Below, one piece after another: positions 51,346 to 64,000 of a DNA stretch of 64,000 bases. This DNA comes from Octopus bimaculoides. Lineage: Eukaryota. The notes under the pieces are model-generated. The model had not been told where the DNA came from and did no database searches. It worked only from the letters and a program-made list of their open reading frames with translations. The first letter of the stretch is position 1, and the number at the start of each line of letters is the position of its first letter. The position numbers were made by a program, and so were the translations under genes. Location of the stretch: the NCBI RefSeq assembly GCF_001194135.2, contig NC_068984.1:19399770-19463769 (forward strand). Reading direction: 5' to 3'.

Positions 51346-52511
51346 TGTCTTGCTGTGACTCTAGTAGCTTTTAATAAACTTCATATAAAGCTTATAATAA
51401 TTTTTATTAAAAGCTTTATTAAAATTTTTTATTATTATTGATATTATTATAATTTTATCATTATCATTATTACTTTTCCAAGTCTATGTCATATCTTTTC
51501 TTTAGTTCTCAAATCATCCAAAGAACAAGGGTTTGGAAGTCTGAAATTGTTGGGTTTGAGAAGTAGAGAGACAATTTGAAAGACAGAAAATGCAATCAAC
51601 ATAATTCATAGACGAAATTTTAACAAGAGTCAAACAATCCGCATTGTGACTCTCACTAAAGAACAAGTATAAAAACAAAAACAACAAAAAACTAGTCTGA
51701 AGAAATTGGTGGTGTTTTGTGTCAGCAAAAAAGTCATAAAGTTCATGAGTTTGGATGAGTTCATGCAGGAAGGGAAAAAGAAGAAAAAGAAGAAGAAGAA
51801 AGTTAGATTTTCCTCTTAGATGAAGGATCAGAACATTAATATCACATTTCTCTTCTAACCATGATATACTAGCTTATGCAAAGTCACGAACTTCATTAGT
51901 TAAAGAACAGACACTCATCTTAATTTGCATTCACATAGTCAACATAAAAAACGGTAAATGGGTGTAAAAATATGCAAAAAACAACAAAATATTGCTTAAA
52001 CAATTTACATGAAAGTACTATACATTTACATTACTATCCAGTTTATCCATGTTAAGTTGAAAAGTTGATGTAAAATCATGAAAGGTTTGCACGATTTAAG
52101 CCATTGTGGGTATAAAAATGTCTATGATAAAACATTTTCAGAACACATGAAAATAATCATCTAAAAATCTTATCTTTATTTTGATTAATTTTGCAATTTA
52201 TTGATTTTTTTTGTTTTTTATGTGATTTTCGTTTCATTCATCTTTCAATTAGACACATTAATTATTCAACAGAATATTCTGTTTACAATTTTGTTTTGTA
52301 TCAGGTTTCAAAAGACCAATAATATTTGAATAATGCCAAATAATAGCTGAAGAACAAAACATAAAATAGGGAATAATGTAGAATAATATTTGAATAATAT
52401 TGAAAGCTATTTAAATATAATAGATATTATTTAAATGCCTTCTGAAGAAGCAGCAGAGAAAGAAAGGAAGAAAGAAAAAGGAAAGAGAGAGTATGTATGC
52501 ATGTGTGTATA

Positions 52512-52557
<46 letters not shown>

Positions 52558-53045
52558 TTTTCCGAATATGCAAAGGGAACTAAGTAACAGAATTCACTAG
52601 ACCAAATTATAATCAATTGTAGATAGAATTAAATTGCTCATTTGTAATCCCAGAAAGAAAGACAATATATAATGAGTGTTCAGTTAGAGAAGAAAGGCAA
52701 GTACTTATGATCACAAAAACAGCCTTGATTCGAATGTGTACAACAGAGAGGTATTTTCTAAAGACACTCTAGATGGTGGTTTTAAACCAGGTAAATGATT
52801 AAGTCTACATCCTTAAAACAGGAATGGTCCTTAGACAGGCTCCCACCAACTACATTCCCTTACAAAGCTTAGGTCAACATGAGAGAGAAGATACCTGCCA
52901 TGAACCTGAAATTGTATGTTATGAAACAAGCTTCTTAACAATGGAACCATGTCTGAATTAGACTATGGTAAGTTTTGGTAGGATCAATCACAGAGTGTCA
53001 GAAAAATGACCTGCAGCATTTGTTCTGAGTCTTTACATTCTCAGT

Positions 53046-53113
53046 TCAAATCCCACCATGGTCATATCCCACCATGGTCAAATCCCACCATGGTCAAATC
53101 CCACCATGGTCAA
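53046..53113 (+). repeat. 16-bp tandem repeat x4 inside a family D SINE
   Basis: TCAAATCCCACCATGG at 53046, 53062 (one mismatch), 53078 and 53094. Confidence 0.9.
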
Positions 53114-54234
53114 CTTTGCCTTTCATCATTTAATGGTAAATAAAACAAAGCATCAATTGGGTCAATGATATCTATTACTCTTCATCTAAATTTCAGACTT
53201 CGTGTCTATATTACAAAAACAATCATTGATAAAGAACTAACTAGAAAAATAAACAATGTGGGTGGGGGGAATATTATTAACCATTTTAGTGTGGAAATCA
53301 GATATTTCAAAATTTCATTATCTTTAACAGCAGGAAACAGTTTTGTATACGAATCTATCTTTTGTTGAGGAATGTGATGTTTGAAACTCATTTCATTTTA
53401 TTTTATTTTAAATATATCAAGTTTATTTGAAGTAATGTGACTTGTAGACAATAACAATTTTATTTTTTGGGAGTTATTTAACATCACTTCTGGAAAAACC
53501 ATGAAATTTAATTTTGCAAATAAAGAGTTAATTCACTAACTGTTTTCATTCTTTTGGCAACAGAAATAACACCAGGCATGTTTTAGTCATATTAGACTTT
53601 CTCAGTGAAGCATGGATTTTGCTTTAAATATAATTTATAGTATTTCCCATGAATACAAGCACCTGCTTAGAGTTGCAGAAACCAGATGCTTATATTATTT
53701 AGAATTTTATCTGTTCCTACTTGTATCACAAAATATATTCTTCACTCCTCAATTGATGAGTTCTATCTACAAAATTGAATACTAGCAAGGAGTAATAGCC
53801 TGTCTTATACTCTCTCTATAACTTCTGTCAATTAATACATGCTCATGTTTTGAGTTCTATTTTCCTCTTAGTATCACCAAACCTAATGATAGTAATGCTA
53901 ATATTGGTGATTTCCTTAGATTGGTACAAAAAAACAAATTACAGGGAGAGACATAACTGATTATAATGACCCCCTGTTCTTGATTGGCATTACTTTCTTT
54001 ATTGACCCTAGAAGGATGAATGACTAGATTCTGAATCCAAAATTCACTGAACATGGATTAGGGTGACAACAAAATTCCACAAAACATTTCATCCCTTGCT
54101 CTTTTATGAGAAATTCTCTTTTTTTTAAATGCCAAATATGGTGTTGGTCTATGGTGTCCAGTTGCTCGAGCTGGATGTCAATATGTCATTGTTAGTATTA
54201 TTATTATTATCATCATTTTTACTATTATCAGTTA

Positions 54235-55075
54235 AGGTGGTGAACTGGTAGAGTCCTTAGCATACCGGGTAAAATGCTTAACAGTATTTTGTCTGTCTGT
54301 ACATTTTGAGTTCAAATTCTGCTGAGGTCAGCTTTACCTTTCATCCTTTCGGGTTGATGTAATCAACTTAATCCCTTCTCCTGAAATTTCATGGCCCCTC
54401 TCCCCAAATTTCAAGCCTTGTGCCTATAGCAGAAAGGATTATTATTATTATGATTATTTTTATTATTATTATTATCATTTAAGGCCCGAGGTTGACTTTG
54501 CCTTTCAACCTTTTGAGGTCGATAAATTAAGTATTACTGAAATGCCTGGGTTGGTGTAATCGACTAGTCCCCTCCCACAAAACTTCAGGCCTTGTCCCTA
54601 TACTAGAAAGGATTATTATTATTATTGCCTTTGCACAGCTTTTAATGCTGGAGATGTACTACAGTGTTAGCTTTTCACTACCAGTGAACTAAGGTAACAC
54701 CTCTTATTTTTCGAGCACCTTCCGGAGTATTCAAGCGGTTCCAAGCAGTGCTGTTTTCTGCAAGTGCTCCACCCTTATTGCATTCCCTATTTGTTCTATT
54801 ATTATTATTATTATTATTATTATCATCATCATCATCCCTTTTATTATTATCAATTAAGGTGTTGAGTTGACAGAATCATTACCACACTGGACAAAAAGCT
54901 GAGCAGCATTTCTTCTAGTCTTATGTTCAAATGCCACTGAGGCTGGCTTTGCTTTTCATCCTTCCTGGATAAAATAGGTAACAGATAAACATTGGAGTTG
55001 ATTTGATCAACTACTACCTTTCCCCAAAATTCCAGGCATTGTGGTTATAGTAGAAAGAATTATTATCATCATCAT
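54235..55075 (+). mobile_element. Second cluster of family D SINEs separated by (ATT)n
   Basis: Copies at about 54235-54440, 54485-54620 (5'-truncated) and 54855-55065, all in the same orientation. Confidence 0.8.
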
Positions 55076-57263
55076 TATTATTGAGTATTTTTTTAAATCA
55101 TGATTTTGCTAATCATGGCCTAACCCTAAATACTTCTGTACATACAAGTGTTATTGGGAACTTTCCATTGTTATCCTTACCTTTAGTCTTATTTATATTT
55201 CCTCTGTGTATTTATCCTCCAAAAGCAACCAAGATATGTACCTACATGTGGTGTTCTCTGTTGTTTCAGGACTAATGTCTTTGAATGCATTATGTCACAA
55301 CCATTGTTAAATGAAGAAAGGCCTGCTACTACAGTGGCTAGCATAGTTTTATTTTTCTATATAAGTGGCTTAATCATTGGTTAATCTTGATTTTATATAA
55401 GAAAGGAAAGCATGTGAAGCTTATTTTTATTTTTTCCCCAAATAATTCATATAAGGAAACGTACTCAAATTGCTACATTATTCATTCAACTATTTAATCT
55501 TTCATACTTGTCTTATCTTTATAGACAGCCTGTTTCTGCATCTTGTATGTCATCAGTATAGACTAATAAAACAACAGGCAGTCAGTTCATATTGTATTCA
55601 AGTAGTATATTCAAGTAGTTGTCTGTTTCCACTCAGGGAGATAGGAAGAGAGAAAGGAGTTAAGATATTAGTCTTGAAACAATATAAGAAGAGTATATGT
55701 GTATATCTTGCTCACTTATTAGAGATGTATACATACACATGAAATATGGCTAATACTAAAAAAAATAGTAAAAATGGTATAAGTCCGAAACACCTGAATT
55801 TGGACGAACTGACTACTTTCATATTGGCAGATAAAGAAAATGAATTAAGTACATTGAAAATTATTCCTGTCTCTATCTCAAAAAGTATGTGTGACTTTAT
55901 CATATTGGTTTTCCCTTTCTTTCTCTCTCTCTACCATTCCAATTTGAGATGAAGACAATTACTTCAACGTAATATTGACTCTCTATTGTTCTCTAAACTG
56001 ATAGCAGACAAGATACAGACTGGCTGTCTATGAATATAAGACAAATATAAAATAGTAAATACCAAAAGCATAACAATTTGAGTCATTTATTTATAATGAT
56101 AATCTGAAAGAAACTGAATAAATAAATAAATGAAATAGTTTTAACATGCTTTCCTCTCTTATACAAAAAAATAGATGAATCAATAAATAAACTACTTCTA
56201 TACATATTTTTCCAAAGATGCACCTAATTTTTGTTCCTAAAAAGAACCAGTTGATGTAGTTCTCAAACCATGAATAATAAAGATGGTAACTACAAGAATA
56301 TCCAGCATAGAACAATGGAAAACTAATTCAAATAGTTATTCTCACTGCTACTACCATGACAAGCATCAAAACAAAGAGGAATAATAATAATAATTACAAG
56401 CATTCCTGAAGCAGTAACAGAAGGAATTTGTAATCTTTACATCTTTCTATAAGGCATTACATAAAAATAGCTTTAACTGAGAACTGGTATTGGGTTTTAT
56501 ATTTAGTTCACAAAGAATTTATTTCTTCTCGTCATTATCGAAAGTTGGCAGAACTGTTAGCACAGTAGACAAACTGCTAAATGGCACTTATTCTGGCTCT
56601 TTATATTCTAAGTTCAAATCCTATCGATGTTAGATTTGTTTCTCATTCCTTCAAGGGTCAGTAAAATAAAGTATCAGTTAAGTACTGGGATCAATGTAAT
56701 CAACTTGCCCTTTTTCTTCAAAATTGCTGGCCTTGAACCCAGCACTAGACTGACATCCCAAGCAGAGTTAATGCTTTGACCTCAGTCACTTTCACAGCAT
56801 GGAAACTGGGTAACTAACCTTATGAGTTTTGAGGGTTGAAAAAAAAAATATCAGTAATAAAATAGCACAAAATGCCAGTTTTTTTAACCCAATTAAATCA
56901 AGTAGAGAATATTACAGCTGCTTTTTTTAAATGGCTCTAAAAGCTTGTGGATATACTGGATATTCTTGTAGTTATCTTTATTATTCATAGTTTGAGAACT
57001 ACATCAACTGGTTCTTTTTTAGGAACAAAAATTAGATGTAACTTTGGAAAAATATGTATAGAAGTGGTTTACTCATTGAATCATCTATTTTTTGTATAAA
57101 AGAGGAAAGCATGTTAAAACTATTTCATTTATTTATTTATTCAGCTTCTTCCAGATTATCATTATAAATAAATTTCATGATCATTTTATGATCATAAAGT
57201 CATAGGCTCAATTCCTGGGCTGGACAGCACATTGTATTTATGACGGGCTATACAGTTGATTAA

Positions 57264-57488
57264 CCCTTTTGATACCAACCCACCTGAGACCGCCTCTGGC
57301 TTTCTAGTACAAAGGTCTTGTTTTCAACAGTTCTGAATTAAAATTTTCCACCAAACCTGAGTCACAATTTATGTTCCTAACACTAGCTTAATGATAATAA
57401 CTAAGTTATTTTACTAAATTCTTTGTTATATTTAAAATTAATTGAAAGAAACACAGAGCATCTCAATAGAAATATGGAAACAAAAGGG
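57264..57488. mobile_element. piggyBac-like MITE (family P2)
   Basis: TTAA|CCCTTTTG ... CAAAAGGG|TTAA with perfect TTAA duplication. Confidence 0.8.
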
Positions 57489-57683
57489 TTAAACTAATCT
57501 CGTACAACACAGGTACTTTGTTTCATTGACTTTCGGAGGATGACAGAAACGATAAATAATAAATGAAGTAAGAGAAAAGAGACAAACATAATAGAGATAC
57601 AGAGTTGAATAGGTATTTTTGTTATTGTTGTATTTAGATTTCCTCTGCTTAGATTTTGATTCTATAAAACTCCATAGGTCAAA

Positions 57684-58082
57684 GGCGCAGGAGTGGCTGT
57701 GTGGTAAGTAGCTTGCTTACCAACCACATGGTTCCGGGTTCAGTCCCACTGCGTGGCACCTTGGGCAAGTGTCTTCTACTATAGCCTCAGGCTGACCAAA
57801 GCCTTGTGAGTGGATTTGGTAGACAGAAACTGAAAGAAGCCCATCATATATATGTATATATATGTATGTGTTTGTGTGTCTGTGTTTGTCCCCCCACAAT
57901 CGCTTGACAACCGATGCTGGTGTGTTTATGTCCCCATAACTTAGCAGTTCAGCAAAAAGAGACTGATAGAATAAGTACTAGGCTTACAAAGAATAAGTCC
58001 TGGGGTCGATTTTCTCGACTAAAGGTGGTGCTCCAGCTTGGCCACAGTCAAATGACTGAAACAAGTAAAAGAGTAAAAGAGA
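57684..58082 (+). mobile_element. tRNA-headed SINE with internal (TA)/(TG) microsatellite (family B), full length
   Basis: Head GGAGTGGCTGTGTGG...GGTTCAGTCCC, internal TA/TG tract, (AAAAGAGT)-type tail. Many other copies in the window, e.g. near 2710, 3455, 8030, 24765, 32240, 33385 and 37510. Confidence 0.85.
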
Positions 58083-58172
58083 AAAGAGAGAGATATTCTT
58101 CTTACTTTTGTTTCTTTTGAAGTTGATAAAATATATATCTACAAATACCAGTAATATGTTAGGTGTTTTAAC

Positions 58173-58273
58173 CTGTTGTGATCTTTGGGGCCTTTAACAG
58201 ACTTCATCCTGTTGTTAATCTTGTTCCTGAGATGTTCAACCTTGCCAGTTGGTGATGTAGGTTGAAGGTGGAG
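58173..58273 (-). CDS. Weak candidate upstream exon, LHLQPTSPTGKVEHLRNKINNRMKSVKGPKDHN(R)
   Basis: Acceptor gacctttgtag|CTC and only one open frame. The donor AG|gttaaa is weak and its phase (2) does not join directly to the 47101 exon (phase 0). Confidence 0.2.
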
Positions 58274-58959
58274 CTACAAAGGTCATAAGTCATATTTCCT
58301 ACTCCAATTTTTTTTTTTAATTACTCTGTTGACCCCTCAGAAAATGAACAACACGATCATCTCTGGTATGATTTGAACCCAAAACAGAGAGACATCAAAC
58401 TAGTTACAGTAGCTCATTGAGTCTCATTGACTTCTGTCACCTTAACAATACTAACAACAACAGCATAAAGAAGAACATCTGAAAAGGAAGCCCCTACATG
58501 ACTGGTTGATGTACAAGAAATAGGAGTTACATCTCTTTCAAAACACATCCTACTTTCTCAAACGATACATTGGATAATATAGTCCAAGGTTTACTGTATC
58601 TGAAATAAAAAGATGATGATCATGGCTGGAACACCTTTGGCCATAGGTCAGTCTGTTCCACCAGGAGAGACCAAGGGCTAGAAAATGACAACAACAACAA
58701 TAACAACAACAGCAATATGGTTTATATGACAAACAGTAAAGGTTTCCAATACTCACAAAGCAGTGGATCCTTCCCAATTGCCCAAAGAAACACACTGTTG
58801 GATATTCACAATACTTGTGGAGTACAGAAAAGGATGCAAGCAAGCAGGAAACAACAGCAACAACAATAACAGTAATAATCGTAACTATAACAGCAAGAGT
58901 ATAAATAAAACGGGGAATGTGATTGTGAGGGGGGGGGGTGGTTGTAAGTATATTGAGAG

Positions 58960-59000
<41 letters not shown>

Positions 59001-59259
59001 TTTGATCCTTGTTAAGCGGATTTTCATCAAGAATCAACACTTTGCAGGTAAGACAGGTTGTATGTTCAGCCACCAAGAAAGTGATGCAAATTAAGTCATT
59101 ATTATTATTATTATTATAGTTGTTGTTGTTGTTGTTGTTGGTGGTGGTGGTGTTGTTTGCCTTCTCTTGTTCTCTTTCTCCTCATCTTTTCCTCTCCTAC
59201 ACTACGCAGGTTGTAAATTGTTCTCATAAATTTCCTTCATTTGACGCTGCTGTGGCAAA

Positions 59260-59515
59260 TAAAAAGAATCACCACCACCAACATCATCATCATCATCATC
59301 ACCACCACCAGCACCAGCACCAGCACCACAACCACCACTACCACCGCTGCCGCCACCACCATTATCACCATCATTACCACCACTCATTGTCATCATCATC
59401 ATCATCATCATTATCAGCACCACTACCACCANNNNNNNNNNTTATCACCATCATTACCACCACTCATTGTCATCATCATCATCATCATCATTATCAGCAC
59501 CACTACCACCACTGC

Positions 59516-59548
<33 letters not shown>

Positions 59549-59585
59549 CATCATAATCATCATCACCATCACCATCACCATTGTC
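59260..59585. repeat. Compound (CAT)/(CAC) trinucleotide tract with small gap
   Basis: Directly visible. Confidence 0.95.
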
Positions 59586-59743
59586 ATTTTGATAATGGTG
59601 ATTTTCTTTTGTTACATAAGCTTGCCACACTAACACCAGAATATGTGAGGACACAAGGCTGGGATACTGACGAAGACATAAAGAGTGGCTGTATAATTAA
59701 AGAGGGTGCAAGCGAACGCTAGAGAGCCTGAGAAGAGAAGCAG

Positions 59744-59801
<58 letters not shown>

Positions 59802-60687
59802 TGGGCTTACAAGAAAAGGAAAGAGAAAATGAAAGCAAGGAGATAGCCAGATGTGGGAGTATGCATGTATGTATGTACACAAGTAGATATATGCATGCAT
59901 TTATTTATTTAGGTAGGTAGGTAGGGAGGGAGGGAGGGAGGGAGGTAAGGAGAGAGAGGGAGGTAGATAGGTTGCTAATATGAATATGCAGGGAATAAAT
60001 GGTGCGTTAATNNNNNNNNNNNNNNNNNNNNNNNNNNNNNNNNNNNNNNNNNNNNNNNNNNNNNNNNNNNNNNNNNNNNNNNNNNNNNNNNNNNNNNNNN
60101 NNNNNNNNNNNNNNNNNNNNNNNNNNNNNNNNNNNNNNNNNNNNNNNNNNNNNNNNNNNNNNNNNNNNNNNNNNNNNNNNNNNNNNNNNNNNNNNNNNNN
60201 NNNNNNNNNNNNNNNNNNNNNNNNNNNNNNNNNNNNNNNNNNNNNNNNNNNNNNNNNNNNNNNNNNNNNNNNNNNNNNNNNNNNNNNNNNNNNNNNNNNN
60301 NNNNNNNNNNNNNNNNNNNNNNNNNNNNNNNNNNNNNNNNNNNNNNNNNNNNNNNNNNNNNNNNNNNNNNNNNNNNNNNNNNNNNNNNNNNNNNNNNNNN
60401 NNNNNNNNNNNNNNNNNNNNNNNNNNNNNNNNNNNNNNNNNNNNNNNNNNNNNNNNNNNNNNNNNNNNNNNNNNNNNNNNNNNNNNNNNNNNNNNNNNNN
60501 NNNNNNNNNNNNNNNNNNNNNNNNNNNNNNNNNNNNNNNNNNNNNNNNNNNNNNNNNNNNNNNNNNNNNNNNNNNNNNNNNNNNNNNNNNNNNNNNNNNN
60601 NNNNNNNNNNNNNNNNNNNNNNNNNNNNNNNNNNNNNNNNNNNNNNNNNNNNNNNNNNNNNNNNNNNNNNNNNNNNNNNNNNNNNNN

Positions 60688-60746
<59 letters not shown>

Positions 60747-60790
60747 TGATAAATTGATAGACAGATAGATAGATTAATAGATAGATAGAT
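60688..60790. repeat. (GATA)n tetranucleotide microsatellite adjoining a 676-nt gap
   Basis: Directly visible. Confidence 0.95.
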
Positions 60791-61159
60791 CTGTTGGCTA
60801 GAATCTTTTGCTCAAGGATATGATGCAATCACTGAACTGGAATACAAACTTATTAATCGTAGTTTATTATCTTAAATGATGGCATCTAAATAATTATAAT
60901 GAGGATTATGAATCTCAAGATGCCAACAACAATGGTGATAATCATTTCTAAAGACACAAACTATTGCTGTTGTTGTTCTTGTTTAACCCCAGGTCAGTCA
61001 CTGATTAAATGGAATTATGTCAAAAGATGCTGCTATCTTGACCATCTTGTTGTTTAATTCGAGCACAATATATCTAGAAACACATGATTGGTTGTATCCT
61101 TCTTATTGTTAATATGGTAGAGAAGGCTATCAAGGAGATGTGGTTGTTATTTCTCAGGC

Positions 61160-61757
61160 TTCATGGAGGCAAAGTGACTGAGTTCTTTTTGAGTGATGGG
61201 CCTCATGGAAGCAAGTGGCTGAGTTCCATTCGAGTGTTGGGTCTGGGCCCCACAAAGGCAAAGTGGCTGAGTTCCTTTCGTGCATTAGGTTTCATGGAGG
61301 CAAGTGGCTGAGTTTCTTTTGAGCGTTGGGCCTCATGGAAGCAAGTGGCTGAGTTCCTTTCAAGTGTTGAACCTCACGGAGGCAAGGTGGCTGAGTTCCA
61401 TGGGGGCATTGGGTCCCATGGGGGAAAAGTGGTTCAGTTCCTTTTGAATATTGAGTCTCATGGAGGCAATGACCAAGACCTTTAGCATTATGTCATGCTT
61501 GAGAAGACGCAACAAGCTGAGCAAAATCACAGTCATGGCAGATACTGCTGTCACCCAAATGGCACCCATGATGGTGGCACGTAAAAGCACCCATTACACT
61601 CTCGGAGTGGTTGGTGTTAGGAAGGGCATCCAACCATAGAAAACCATGCCAAATCAGACTGGATCCTGGTACAGCCTTCCAGTGTGCCAGCCCAGTCAAA
61701 CCGTCCAACCCATGCCAACATGGGCAATGGATGTTAAATGATGATGATGATGATGAT
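61160..61757 (+). mobile_element. Family C element with 5' ~41-bp VNTR head
   Basis: About 7.5 units of CTCATGGAGGCAAAGTGGCTGAGTTCCTTT(T/C)GAGTGTTGGGC-like sequence, then the family C body and a (GAT)n tail at 61738-61757. Confidence 0.75.
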
Positions 61758-63696
61758 CAAAAGCTTCTTGAGCAATGGGCATAATGTACGTTCTAAAGTA
61801 AAATGGACAGGAATAAGATTGGGTTGGTCAGTGGTAGTTTTCTTTGGCATAAACTGCTCAAGAAACATACAGAAGAGTAATTCTCGTTGCTTTTGTTGTT
61901 GTTGTCTTTATCCCTGGTCTGCTCTGATTCAAGAGACTCACAATCAAAGTTATTATTCCCATAGCCATTGTCTCTTCCCATCCCAGGCACAATACAACCA
62001 TGATTACATTATCTAATATATCCTCCTCTATTTTAAGACAGTAAAGTGTGATTCAAGGGTGATTTGGCTGCTATTTCTTGAAGGGCTAGTGATCTTGTAG
62101 AGTCTCCGTCATTGACTCAAACAAAATGGTGTGTATTGGCTTGTTATGCTGTGAGAAATACTAAGTTACTCTCTACATCAATAGTAGACAAGAACTAATA
62201 TACCACCATATTGTTTATGTTTTTCAACACCTTGGTTATGTTTTGTCATATCGTAAAAATTTGAACATTGTAATATGAAAACAGAATGGAAAAACAACAA
62301 CAACAAAAAAACTTAATAATAGTTATAACAAACGGCAAGACCAGAAGTTTTCTCATAGAGTCTGGAGTTTGACAGATTCTTATATAAGTTGTATATAAAA
62401 AGAAAACATGGAGGTATAGACAGAAAAGCAAGTTAGATTTATATCTGAAATGCAGTAAAGAAAGAAGAAAAAATAAAAATAAACACAAACAAACAAGCAA
62501 AAATAATAATTTTACAGTGTTTATCAACACAAGGAGGAGGGGAAGTGCAAAAACACTTTGAGAATTTATTTTCTGTCTAAACTTCTGTGAGGAGTTTCAG
62601 GAAGTAGTATTAGCACAAATACAAACAGCCATGTATTAAATAGAGATAGAGAAAGAAGGATAAATAGATAGATAGATAGATAGATAGAGAAAGAGAGAGA
62701 TTGAGAAGTAGAGAGTGAGAAGGATAAACACTATTAAAATTGAGAAAGTAAACAGGGAAAATAAATTTAATACTCTCAGGAAAATATTGTCTAAAAGTGG
62801 ACAATTCTAATTTTGACATGCAGAGCATTCAACTGCAGTTGGCTGGCCCTAGCCTAGCTAAATATTGAAGCAGAAATATTGCATAAAACTATCTGATGAA
62901 TATACCAAATATTGAACAAGATCAAACATTACAAAATGCATAGCTTTCAATGAATCAATCATTCTGATACATGTTGGATGCCGAGTTTGGGCCAAAACAG
63001 ATTATATTTATAGATAAAACTAAGTAAACAGGATATCTTCATTGAGTAAAAATCTTTAAGTATTGATAGAGTTAAACAACTTCTAAATAAAATGACCACA
63101 AACTTTAGCTGCTAAAGGAAAGTTATGAAGAAAATTGGCAGCGCATGTAAATGTAAGGAAAAAATGGCCGACGGACTAGAACAGGTCATAAATGAATAAA
63201 TAAATAAATAAATAGATAGATTTATGATTAAATAAATAAATGCTAGTCTGTTCAACAGATGGAAAAAGATATTGACTTTGGAAATGCTAATATTTTGAAA
63301 AGAAGATAAGGTTTAGATGTCGTTTCTCTAATGATACAGGAAAATACAAAATAGATGTTAAGTAAATAGAAATGTGATAATTGAGTTGATGTGCATAGGA
63401 TTCTTATAAAGTGCTTTACAAATTGCTATGAAATTCTTTATATGCATAGAAATAACGTTACTTATAGTCAGCCTGTTAACATAGAATTTATAATGTATAA
63501 AGCAATGTTAATCCATAATAGTGTTTAACAATGGCAAATACAATGTGTGTTGAAAAAAAAATGTAAGTAAAATATTAAATTCATTTTAAAGTTAAAAGAC
63601 CAAGCCTTCAATATTTTCCATTGTTTGAGTCAGACAGATAATAAAAGCATTTATTTATTTGCTTACATACAGACACATTTGTCTAAGCATGTGTGT

Positions 63697-63759
<63 letters not shown>

Positions 63760-63761
<2 letters not shown>

Positions 63762-64000
63762 CATCATCATCATCATCATCATTTAACGTCCGCTTTCCAT
63801 GCTAGCATGGGTTGGACGATTTGACTGAGGACTGGTGCAACCGGATGGCTACACCAGGCTCCAATCTAATTTGGCAGAGTTTCTACAGCTGGATGCCCTT
63901 CCTAACGCCAACCACTCAGAGAGTGTAGTGGGTGCTTTTACGTGTCACCCGCACAAAAACGGCCACACTCGAAATGGTGTCTTTTATGTGCCACCCGCAC
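63760..64000 (-). mobile_element. Family C retroposon, young copy, runs off window
   Basis: Same body and (GAT)n tail as 6722-6980. Confidence 0.85.

Noticed and set aside
52688-52790. Plus-strand exon-like segments here and near 18770, 35287, 59017 and 59621
   Set aside because: These are isolated acceptor or donor look-alikes with short open frames. They form no phase-consistent chain and encode no recognisable protein.
55746-55952. Plus-strand ORF MANTKKNSKNG…
   Set aside because: No recognisable domain and no linked exons. Its length is within chance expectation.
61160-61470. CRISPR-like array
   Set aside because: The units are degenerate tandem repeats without unique spacers, there are no cas genes, and the context is eukaryotic.

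Overview
This is AT-rich, microsatellite-dense eukaryotic genomic DNA with several N gaps. The SINE/MITE families and repeat style suggest a coleoid cephalopod (Octopus-like), which is an inference from memory. Two minus-strand protein-coding loci are supported. (1) Eight phase-compatible internal exons between 16362 and 2210 (1623 nt, 541 codons) encode about five spectrin repeats of a nesprin/MSP300- or plakin-like rod protein, and the gene runs off the left edge. No further clear spectrin-type exon was found upstream. A CpG-rich candidate first exon at 28390-28295 encodes MGIAQSC plus a polybasic/NLS-like tail and could give this rod a lipid-anchored N-terminus. (2) A 1857-nt terminal exon (47101-45245, longer than the ORF track shows) encodes a disordered 618-aa tail. 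It carries an array of TQT (LC8-type) motifs, a thrice-repeated helical motif and a C-terminal helix resembling that of AKNA. The rest of the window is tRNA-derived SINEs, a (GAT)n-tailed element with a VNTR head, R4/Dong-like and RTE-like LINE fragments, a decayed Tc1/mariner transposase, piggyBac-, mariner- and hAT-like MITEs, minisatellites and microsatellites. Several element families appear to be partitioned into specific microsatellites. Most short ORFs in the track are repeat noise. All alignments were done by eye and no database search was run.
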